NCBI GenBank assembly: GCA_900088475.1
Contig: FLMG01000261.1
Location: 145,493 to 209,492 of the forward strand
From: Hyphochytrium catenoides
Lineage: Eukaryota; Protista; Hyphochytriomycota
Direction: 5' to 3'
DNA length: 64,000 nucleotides
A program made the position numbers and the translations under genes. The stretch's first letter is position 1; every line of letters begins with the position of its first letter. This document shows positions 1 through 11,300 of this stretch, in pieces. The notes beneath the pieces were generated by a model. It saw only the letters and a list, made by a program, of their open reading frames with translations, had not been told where the DNA came from and made no database searches.

Positions 1-143
1 GTCGCCCTTTACTCTAAAACATGAAGTTGCCAAATCTTACCCTTGAATTAAAGAGCTTTTCCTTTGATATATTCTTTCAACCTCATGCACCTCATCTCTG
101 GCTCCTATCGGTCCGTCCGTATATTCGTCTCTGTTCAAGACAG

Positions 144-3100
144 CTCAGCACTATCCAACATATTGAACTCTTGCTATCCAGGAAATCAACAAAAGGCACC
201 GGAAGAAGAAGAAGACGAACGCTTTTGCTTCCCTTCCATCCCCAAGCGCGCGCGGGGTCCAAGCGGTGATATATTAGAGCGAGAAGCAAAGAAGAGAGAT
301 GGATCCCGACTAAATGAGTTCAAAGGAAGAGGACGGAAATGTATGGACACACACTATTGTTATCTCATTCTCTGAACCTAAATGCCCTTGCCACAGCGTC
401 ATCTCTGAGAGGAGTGGAAGGGACAGGCCGAGAGAATAGATCGTCCTTCCCTTTTGGCACTTCCCCCGCAATTACCTTTACCAAGGCGGGGACTGGGCGT
501 TTGCCATGTTCACCTGGAGACGAAACAGGTGACGAAACTTTGTCGTTACGTACCTTTACTCCTTTTGCGACGGGTTCCCCATGCCTTACTCGCCCATCTT
601 CCCATTAACTTTCTGCTGTAGTGGACCCAGACCTTATTCCAGAACTTGAGGGAGTCGTCCTCACTTCCATCCAGCCTGGAATCTACAAGATCACAAGTCA
701 AAAGACCCGGCTAGCTCATTTCGGTCAGCTTGCTCCTATTACCCGGCGCCCTCCCTCTTCTCTTCTCTCTAACCGCAGTTGACTGTCTTTCCTCGGATAT
801 CTCTGCTCCCTTGCACTCTCGTATCAGGAATAACTTGGAACATCGAAACCTGTGCTTCTGAGATCAGGAGATCGTTGGCAGAAGGAACTCATCCGCATCA
901 GAGGCTTATGGCGGAAGTCGAGAGGGAGGGTCTTCATTCAATAGTGATAGAAGTTATACAGGTTTACTTAGCGTGGGACTTCATCAAGTCCACTACGAAC
1001 TCCTTACTCCTCTTAGTCCTATATGGTCCTTCTTTTTTCTCCTTGTCTCCGTGGCTAATCACTCTTCTTTCATCCTTTGTGGGCATTACCTTTCTACTCG
1101 TCACCCAGCTTCCGTTGCAGAGGTATTACCCAGTTACGTCGTTCGCCTTCGTCATTAAGACACCAGTGCTCTTGTTGCTTTCAGGCCGTTAGAGTCCCGT
1201 TCAACTTTGACTTCAGACAAACAGAAACATTGCTTCAGCGAAAGCTCTCACAGTTCCAGTATCAGCATGCTCTTAAGTTGTTTGTTTGTGTCAATTCGGT
1301 CTATAAGAGGAATAAAACCAAGGTGACTGACGTTCGTTCGCATTTGCCCATCAATATCCTGAACCTTTGATTTGCCTGACGGATTGATGGTCTCGTGGTT
1401 GCTTCTTGGCTTACTTCAAGCCTGTTCACTACGCCACTAGCAATTTTACATCTGAAATAGTTTTGCGATTTACCACCCTCTTGGTCTCCCTTGAGTCTTA
1501 TATATTCCATAAGGCTCTCTGACCTGTTACCTGATGACATCCCCTCTCAGCCTGCGTTGTCTTCCTGGAGGACCAGAGTGCATTATCAAAAAGAAGCAGA
1601 GTTAGATGCTGCAGTAATCCACATCCAGGTGCCCCCAAGCCCAAGAATTTTACACACGACGCCCTCTCGTGTTCGGATTATCAATCTTTCTAATGTTCGC
1701 TCTTCCTCTTTGGTGACTGTTTAAGACAATCTTCCATGATTTGTAGGTTTATCATCTTGCGTCTCTATTCCGTCGCGTATTGATCTAGACACCATTGACT
1801 ACGTCTTCTGTGGCCATGTCTTCATTGCTTTCAGTGTGAAGATGTTTGTATAGCTCGTAGACTCTACTGTATCTGCCTAATCTTGGACTGAAATGGATCG
1901 CGTGTTGTGGCAGTCCTTCTGGCGAGGTATAATTCATTCTCGCTTGGCGAGGGAAAGAAAGAAAGAATGGGCGGTCCGTCTCATCCAGAGGTTCTTTAGA
2001 GGTTATCGAACGCGCTGCTTTTACAACGAAGTCAGAGGATGGACTAAACGCATCCGCGCTGCCACTCATATACAGAGGGTCTACAGAGGCTTTTTAGATA
2101 GACGATTAGGTAAACTGTAACCCAGCTTTTGTGGGACGATCCGTCGTCGTCTTCATCGCTATGCTCATTGTCTCACGTTGTAGAAGCCGCTTTGTCCCTC
2201 TTTATCATCGACCTACATAGCTAACAGTTTTCGTGCCTATCTGTCTTGCATCTCTCTCCACGCCTCGTCTTATATACCTCCTGCGATTCCAGTGCGACCA
2301 CCATGTCGCCTCGGCCTTCATCCCATCTTGTTTATCATCTCCTCCACCAAAGCGTTTTGGTTGATTGCTTGCCCTGCTGAGTTTCCCTTTGTACCCTAGC
2401 CACCAGGTTCCGTCGATATTATACCCACAGAAAGGCTGCCATCACTATTCAAAGCGTCGGAAGAGGCTTCTTAGTGAGGTGGAGAAGGAAGAGACATCAA
2501 GAATCTGTGAAGAAGGAAGCGGCGGCTCTGGAAATTGGGAGGATCTGGAGAGGCCACAGAGCTAGGTCTTTTGTGAAGAATATCAGACGGCTTGAGGGAA
2601 GAAAGGTCAGAAAGAAAGGGACCTGGAAATGCTTGAATGAACACCCGACGTAGGACGCGTTTGATGCCCCAGCCAGGAAGAAATTTCCCATATCTCTGTT
2701 CCCTATACAGAACTTAAGATCTTGACCAATCCTACTATTGCAATGTGGACTTCCATCTGCTCTGAAAATCATGCACTTCTTTGTGATCTCCTTTACCCTC
2801 ATCCTCAGGCATTCTTATTCCTTCCTTTGCTCTTTCATCACCTTTCTTCAAAGTGTCATTATTACGCGACTTCCCCTGGCTCAATTATAACGTCTGTCCT
2901 CTGGTCCTCTTTCTCCACTGTCCCGCCTCCAGTTGATGGTTCTCGCTGCTGCCCGCTGCATATGGAAGAATTATAAGATCTATAGAAGCAAGCGGTTCTT
3001 GTCAGTGATCTACATGGCGCTGGCGCTAAGAGGAAGAGTTAGAATGATTTGGCACTGGTGGAGGAGGCGGAAAGGAGTCAAGGCTCTGGAAGATAGAATA

Positions 3101-6100
3101 AGGAAAAGGAGGGAAGAGAGAGAAAAGGAGAAGATAGTACTCTTCTTCCGCTCTCTTCTCTGCAGAAAAGTTATAGGAAAACTGCGGAAGCGAAAGAAAG
3201 AAGGCAGTGCTGCACGTAGAATACAAGCACTATATAGAGGACAGCAAGGCAGAAAGCTCTTCGCGGTATTGAGGGAAGAAGAGGAAGGCAGAAGAAGAGA
3301 ACGGGAGAGAGAAGATTCTGCAGTTTTTATCCAAAGGCGATGGAGAGGTAAGGTGCAAAGTGATCCTCTGTCCCACAAAGAAAGGAGAGGAAAGTAATGA
3401 GATGAATTTCGATAAGTATCAACTGTTAGGAGCATTGTGAGGATAGGGGCAATCAGATTAGAGATTTTTTTGAGAGCATTCCTCTGAAAGCAAAGGGAGG
3501 GAGACGAAAGAAATGCGATGGAATTAGAATTGGGCAAATGCTGCACCTTTACTTATCCCCTTTCTCTTTCAACCTGCTGTGTCCCTTTCCTGCTCAACCC
3601 TAGCATGGCGGCAAGGGCGGGCAAGCCGGGCTCTATATCGGGCGCTCAGAGAGAGAAAGATGGCCACACGCATTCAGCGACTTTACGTCTCCAGAAAGCG
3701 TAGAAGAGTCGGCAGACTCTTCCTCGAGGAAAGGAAGAGACAGAAAGCCGCGACAAACATACAAAGGATTATAAGGGGTAGACGAGGGAGGAATAAGGCT
3801 CTTCTAGTGCGTGTGATGCGAAAGAATAGAAGAAGATGCGAAGAGTGCAAGGAAGCGGCTTCCTCTCTCTATTCTCGCTCTTTTGAATTAGAGCTTTGCG
3901 ATTCATGCTATGAGAAGCTCCTGCTCCTTACGAAGGAAGCTGACCCGTACTTTCCTCTAGAGAATGAGCCTGTCCCACTCCAGGACTTTGAGCGGTACAG
4001 CTTCAATCTCAGTACTCTTTCCTGCCACTTTCACGTTTAATCTTCTTTTACCTCTTATCCTATGGTTAAGTGTTTCCTGTCTTGTTTCGCCACCATGATG
4101 TCTCATCTCCCCTATTTTGCGGAGGGGGTCTGACTTGAAGTCCCTCGACACAAGCTTCTTCTCCCTGATGTTGAGGGTTGTGCCTTCAGTACAATCTAAT
4201 GCTGGTCCCGGATTGTCCTTGCTGCCTTTTAGTTTAACACAATGAGTTGTTGACTGTGTGAGTCACTCGAACGCTTTCCCCCTTGTCCACAGCTTTGTTT
4301 GTTCTATTCGGCCCCTTCAGCGTCGATACCATCAACATCAGCAGCTACTCCTGTCCGAATTTGGAAGCTGCCATGACTGCAGTAGGGCTGGCAAGCTATG
4401 GTGCAGTGACAACTCAACTGTCAACTCTATCACCCTTCTCTTTGTTTGTCCACTTGGTCCTTCTGCTATCCGGCTATTTTACCTCGTCTTTTATCTGTGT
4501 TTTCGGATACTTCCGACAACTGAGAATCTGTCACTCCTCACTTGGCGATCACGAGCGGTATCTAATATTTCGCTCATCACCTCTAGGTGCTTTACCTGTG
4601 GATGTCAATATTGTCTCTGTTGCCACTCGAGACTTCACGAGGAAAAAGCTTTTCGTTCGCACTCTTCTCAGAAACTGCCCTTATATCGCAGAAGCTGTAA
4701 GGCGGCCACTGTCATTCAGAAGCGGTGAGCGATATTGCCTCTTCGCCTATAGACTCAGCTTGCCTGAGCTTCGGTTCGCTTAGTATGGTTGTACTCACGT
4801 TTGTCTGGACATTTTGACAACTTTTTTATTCAATTGAGGGAGTTGCTGTCAGCCCTCCAAGAACATCTCTAATGGACATGGACCTTCATCTTTACGTTGT
4901 TCTCTTTATGTTCCTACAAATTTCCTCAGTCGTTACAGAGCTCTTCACTCTGTTGATCTCTCTTCCATCCCGGTCGATGCTCTATTGCCATCGCCCACTT
5001 TCTTACTGCTCAACCTCCTGCTCAACCTCCTCCTAGTGTACGTGGATTTCTTTGTCGGAAGCACCTGTGGCAGACAAGGGTATTACGGCGAAACCTTGCC
5101 GCGACTGCAATTCAGCGAGCCGTTCGAGGAAAATTGGCTCGCGTTCTCTTGGAGCGCATGAAGAGCGAGTACCCTGTCTCTGCTAACGTGATCCAGAGGG
5201 CCTATCGGGCATATAGAACGAAGACTCTCATGAAGAGAAGAAAACAAAAGGAGAAAGAAAACAAAGCCGCAATCACCATTCAAAAAGTATCTGACTTTAA
5301 CAACTGGAAGGCAACTGTCTCAATTGATCTCCTTCTCCCTCTCTTCATATCATCTAGCTCCCGAACCCTTGTGCTTGATCGTCCCTGCATCGTCTGCCTT
5401 GTACCGACCCTACCTCAACTCTCACTAAGTCACGATTTTCTGCTGCAGCACCCTCATTGTTTGGCTTCTTGCCATCCACTACTCATTCTCACCACTGTCT
5501 GTCATGATTTGCGTTGGCTCGTATCAATGGTCAAATTCATTACAATGCTTGCTGACCTACTCTGCTGCGGCCTCAGATATGGCGGGCTTACTGTTCCCGA
5601 GGGTTATATGGTCGCCTGCTTCGACGACGACAGGAGGAGGCCGCTGTGTCGATACAGAAGATCTGGAGAGGACATCAAGCGAGGTCAAGAGTGACGAGGA
5701 TACGTCACAAGAAAAAGAAGAGACAAGACGCTGCACTAAGAATACAACGAGGATACAGGCTCTATCATTGGAAGGTAAGGGCGGCTTTCAGGTCCTTTCT
5801 CCTTGCGCCTATAGATTAACCCTTTCCGCCTTCCCGATGTGCCTCTATTTGATCCTACACTAGAACGAAAGAGCGAGAGCAGCATTCGTTATCCAAAAAG
5901 GCTATCGCAGGCACCTAGAAGAAAAGAGATCCTTAAGGGAGGCCATGAGACAAATGCAAGAGGAGGAAAGAAGGCAGCGAGAAGCGGAAATGAAAGAGCT
6001 AATGCAAATGAAGGAAGAAGAAAAGACCCAGAGGGATACGGAATGGAAACGTGCAAAATTGGTAGCGGAGCTACGCAAGAAGCTTATGCGCTCTTTAGGT

Positions 6101-7889
6101 TTGTCGTTTGTGCAGGAAGGTTTCGCCCGCATATTCTCCCTCCTCTCTGCGAAATTGGAGAGGGAGAAGCAGAAGCAGAGAGAAAAAGCCGCCATCTCTA
6201 TACAAGCGACAATCCGCATGTTTGTCAACTGCAGGCGATACCATAAGGCTGTCGCTGCGGCGGTTACCATTCAAGCTGGAGTAAGAGGAATGATAGCTCG
6301 GAGGAGGGTGAAGGAGATTTCCAGGACTAAGAAGAAGGACAAGGTCANNNNNNNNNNNNNNNNNNNNNNNNNNNNNNNNNNNNNNNNNNNNNNNNNNNNN
6401 NNNNNNNNNNNNNNNNNNNNNNNNNNNNNNNNTCTATCTCTTGGATCCTGGACTTGTGGATTTCTTCTTATACCCTCTCTTCGGTGTCATTGCAGCCTGG
6501 TGGCTATCGCGTCAGCGTGAGACAGAAGAGAAGAGAGGAGAAAGAGCAGTACAAGAAAAACCAAGCTGCAAAGAAGATCCAGGCAGTGTTCCGTCGGTAC
6601 TCCGCCAAGAAAGCTTATAAAGAACGTATCCGGAAGAAGCAGACAGGGTCATCAGGAAATCTCAGCGCTCCATCTCCATCTGCCGGGGATGCAAAGCAAG
6701 GCGAGGGGGCTAAAGATGACGAGGAGGAGCTCGTAGATCCAACCTCAAGAGTGGCCTCTGCTCTGATGAGCTCCTTCTCAAATATCAAGGACGATGCAGA
6801 GGAAGAAAGTAGACGACGAGCTGCTGTCTTGAAGGAGTATGAGGCTAGCCTTCAAAGCCCGACGGACGGAACGTCCAATACAGAATGGGAACAAACAGAC
6901 GGAGAGAGAGCGTACTCTGAAGTGTTGCAGGCTTGGCAGCAGTACTATGACGAAAACGCTGGCGGTTATTACTACTATAATTCACTTACAGGTGAAGCGC
7001 GATGGGAGCCACCTCAGGAGCTCGTAGCAGCTCAGCAGCAGCAGCGAGAGTTGGAATTGCAGTGGGAACAGGTCCTCCTCTTTCCCTACTTCTGCATTGG
7101 CGTCATGGCGCCATTCAGACTTCGTCTGCCTATTGCCCCGGTGTATCCCTCTCGAGCCTGTCACTATTGGCTATCTGATTCTTAGATTTGTCAGGTCTAT
7201 CTAGTTGTGATTGTATTGCTCCCAAAGCTTTCCATTTTCGTCCTTTCAGCCCTTTCTCTCAGCTGCCTAGATGTCTCTCTTTTTGCCTTCGGCTGCTACT
7301 TGCGGTAGATAATCAACTCCATACTGCTCCTGCCAGATCAACCGAAGCTGGCAGCAATTGTGGGACGAAGCGAATCAAGCTTACTACTTCTATAACCCCT
7401 ATACACAGCAGACGGCCTGGCAGCTGCCTGAAGGTACTTGAGTGACGACCGAATTTGCTAGATGGGGTGTAGAGAGGTGTAACGAGAGCCAGAACAAAGG
7501 ATCGTGCACCTTCGGGGAAGTCCGTCTCCCTAGAGATAGGAGATCGGTTGGGGATAAGACGGTTAGACTCTAAGACATTCGCCGATCAGATCTCTCATAG
7601 GCCAATTGAGCCGACTATCCTCCCTCTCCATGTTTCTTGCATGGAAGGGGCATTGACCTCCATTTATTTCTTTTTTGTCCCCATAACTGACGCTGAAGTT
7701 TATTCGTCAGGCTGCCAGCTTCACGAAGACTACTACACGTCAGGAGGTATTGGTGAAGGGGATCAAGCTGCCCTAGATGGCCACAGTTCACCATCCTATT
7801 ATGGTCAAGCAGCAGCAGTCTCAGGGCTGTACAATGAGTACGATTATTACGCGAATCAAGGGAGTCTCTTGTCCCAGCAACCCACTTAA
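144..7889 (+). CDS. IQ-motif (calmodulin-binding) repeat protein with N-terminal degenerate GIY-YIG domain, two B-box-like zinc fingers and two C-terminal WW domains; multi-exon, 5' end probably outside the window
   Basis: Phase-consistent GT-AG exon chain: ~144-340, 397-528, 622-723, 828-961, 1185-1276, 1577-1628, 1913-2109 and onward, ending at TAA 7887-7889. More than a dozen IQ-like motifs (IQSFWRG, IQRFFRGY, IQRVYRGF, IQALYRG, IQRIIRG, IQRAYRAY, IQAGVRG, IQAVFRRY). B-box CHDC-x7-CFTC-x4-CLCC-x4-H-x7-H at ~4370-4662 and a degenerate one, CEEC...CDSC, at ~3837-3909. WW domains WQQYYDENAGGYYYYNSLTGEARWEPP and WQQLWDEANQAYYFYNPYTQQTAWQLP. Confidence 0.85.
6348..6432. other. assembly gap (N run) inside an intron of the IQ gene
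   Basis: Run of n immediately after the donor AAG|GTCA. Confidence 0.99.
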
Positions 7890-8390
7890 GCGACCCAGAA
7901 ATACCGAATGCAGAATTCGTCAGAAGAGCGAGAACAAGCCAGCCCATATATTCTCTCTCAGGGGTGTCGTCGCGGCAAATGTGCCCACTCTGATCTGAAC
8001 TGGGTGTTTGGCAAGCCCCACACACTGCTTCCGTATAACGGAGGAATCCTCCCTGTTTCTCAGAAAGGAGAGCCTTGTTAAAGCGGGAGGGACCTCGTCC
8101 AGAAGTATCTATAGCAAAGGGAATTGAGAATGCCAGTCCTACGCAATTTTGGGAGATCAACAGGCGATGCTGATCATTTTTGAGATAGATGAGGAAGGCA
8201 GGTGTAGATATATGTATATATATTGCCCCCCGCAGTTGAATAGGCGAGCAACCTTAAAGTACAACGCTGTTGAAGGCCACAACCATCATCCTGGGATCGT
8301 TTCTCTCGCGATACTCCGTTCACCAGCCTTAACGAGCTTTAGAATTTTTCACTCACTGTCTCAAGGAGTCGCGCTGCTCATAAAGCGAGC

Positions 8391-11300
8391 TTAGGAGTAC
8401 TGTTGGTTTATCATTGTCTTGAGGCCTTCTACTTGTGCCCGTAGCATGGCGTTCTCATCATGTACGCCTAACAGGGGCTGCCAGAGTGAGAAGGTCGAGA
8501 AAGTAGGTCAGCCATCCATTTGCAGGTAAACGGTCACCCTGTTCGTCAAAAGGGAGTATTTGAGCAGCTTTTGTATCGTAACTGTCGACATACGAGAGAG
8601 GAAGCCTGTGGGGAAGCTGCGTACCTTGTATTGCTCCTGAATAGCTCTTACTCTGCTTTCATAAGTGGCTTCAACCTTTGAAGAAAGCCCGAGTGTCAAA
8701 CACATTGAGAGAAGTGACGGTGAAGGTAGCTGCGACTCAGCCTATTGCAATTACCGTGGCAAGCTGCTGCTTAAGATATTGAAGCTGGTGCTCCGCTCCC
8801 CGAACCTGTGCCTTCATCTGATCCACAAGCTTGTCTCGAGCATTCAACTATGGCACGACCAAATAACAGTAAGCAACACGATAGGACTGTAAGAAGGGGA
8901 GGGGACTGCAAAAAAGGGAGAGAACCGTAAATAAATAAGCAAGAGTGGCATCGACCTAAGAAGGCGAAAGGGTCTCTTAATTGGCCACTGCCAGTGAACA
9001 AGAAGCCAGGGATACAGGTCAGTATGGCATGAAGACGATGTGTGGGTCTCTGACATAGCCACTGATATATCTGACCTCCTGCTGCAGCCTGTAGGCAGCA
9101 TTTACATGGATTTGAGCCCTATTATTTTCCTCCTCTAGGACCTTGATGCGGCTTTCAGACTACGGAAGAGGCAAGCAAGGTCAATAGCATGAAGGTGAAG
9201 GAGGATGTCGAATAGAACAAGAGGTACACAAAGGAGGAGAGCGCCTATGAACCGTGGGACCACCACAATTGAATTCTCCGCTAAGCGCTCATTCAAACGA
9301 AGTTCACGAAAGAAACAACATTCGACGACAATCTGACCAAACCCTGCTCATCTGTTGACATACTTCCTGCAACTTCAACTGGAGTTCTTGGGAGTCTTCG
9401 CTAGTGCGCTGCGGCAAAACAAATCCAAGGCTTATAAGTCAGACGCCATAGTACAGAAGGAAGAGAGGAAGACTGTGTTGTGATAGCAATGTTGAGACTT
9501 ACATGGCCGTTCTGAGGCCCTTGCTCCGCCTCGGCCTCCTTTTGTTTCAGGAGTAGTTCATCCCTTTCTTTCTGAACAGAAAGAAGGGTCTGTTGCATAT
9601 CGCCAACTTGCTTGGCCTGTCGTGCCAACTGCAGAATTATCGCACTTTTAGTGAAACCGGTCGTAAGCGATGACCTATTACCAGCCATGGCAAGCTGATG
9701 AAAGGAAAGCGCGGATTCTGACGGACCTTAATACGGAAGGTAGATGCGACAGGAAGGTATGTCGGATATAGCAAAAAGTCAACCAAATGCCGTCAAAGTC
9801 GAAGGAGCGTCCAAAGATGGGTCTCACCTCCTCTGCCANNNNNNNNNNNNNNNNNNNNNNNNNNNNNNNNNNNNNNNNNNNNNNNNNNNNNNNNCACTTC
9901 TGACCTCAAACATGACACTTGCTCTTGACCTGCCTTCTGTATCTGGATGTAAGGCGGTGTAATAGTGAGAAAAATAACAACAAAGGGATGAAACAGATGT
10001 GCGCTAGAGGAGGACAGTTGCGTGGCAAGCGAACATGGAGAGGAGTTTTGAAAAAGCTTATCAACAGTGAAGCTAAGAAAGATGAAAAGTTTAACACCTT
10101 CGACTACCTTTTCGAGCGCTATGTCCCGGGCTACCTGGCTTTCCCTTAGTTGCTCCTCAAGTTGCCCTATTGTTCTTTCTTGCTCCTCTGCTTTGATCTG
10201 AAGTTCTTCTATCATTTGGGAAGCCACTGGCAGAGGACTTATCAGCAATTTCTCTAAAGAGAGGACTTTGACATGGGCAATGGGGCCCATACGGAAGGAA
10301 TAAGCTAAGTACCACCACAAACAGGCGAAATAAGCTAACCCAAAGGACCTGGAGGTCAGAAGATGTCGTTCCCAGCTTCCCGGAGTTGACCCCTTAATGA
10401 TCATCCTACGTACCACCTACTGCTCCCACAACAGCCGATGCCGCCGACTCATCCGATACCGGAGAGAGGGTTTCTGCACCTTGCGTAGAAAGCAGTGCTT
10501 TTAGCTCTTTTATAGCCTCCTCTTTCTGAGCCAGCTCTTCGTGCCTATCAGCCAAGTTGGTGTCGGCAGCCTCTAGCTGCTCTTTCAGGACTTCCACTTC
10601 CATAGCCAGAGAGGCAATTCGCTCTTTGGCTCTCTCTGCCTGTTCAACTTTCTCTTCCAAGGGTGCTTGGGCGTTTGTCTACGGATCATCGGTTAAGACA
10701 AGGACTAGAAATTGCTGGAGACTTGCCGGCCAAAATGGCTAATGAAAACATACAGTTTAAAAAGGCACAAGAGCGTGAGAGTAGCAATAAACAAGGCTAG
10801 AGCAGAGCAGTTATGCCAGAAATAAAGGAAGGCTTGGAGGCAGAGCAATTCTGTCAAGAGTTTATGGCAGCCTTGTGCCCACCTTCTCCTCAAGGATTCT
10901 CTTCAAAGTAGTAACACTAGCCTGTAGCTCGCCAAGAGTATTCTCCCTTTCTCGTAGCTGACTTTCTCTTTCTTCAATTTCCTTCAACAATGTCCCCGCT
11001 CTTTCCTCCGCTTCTACCAATGGGACAACATGCCAGTCAGGGGAGGAAAGCGCGCGTAACGTTGGGTAGACTAGTATCAGCGCAAAGTATGATGGGACTA
11101 GGGAGATCCCAGGGGGCGACCAACCTAGCATTCGCCGTTCCATCAGAGCGATCCTACGTTCTGCTTCACTACGGACAGTTGCATGCTCCACCTGGTACTT
11201 ATGCACGGCGCTTCGAAGACCTGGACGAGGGTGCAGGCAGTCGTCAAATCATCATGGTGGCGCTTCGAAAGCTGGAGCTACAGCATACCGGGCAGCTCCG

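Noticed and set aside
367-660. Minus-strand reading frames with internal TAA, suggesting a non-standard genetic code
   Set aside because: The region is explained by plus-strand exons, and IFT20, PAO and LSM5 end at TAA/TAG at the expected positions.
4233-4257. Candidate 25-nt exon with in-frame TGA (selenocysteine or readthrough)
   Set aside because: An acceptor at 4292 joins the flanking exons in frame without it.
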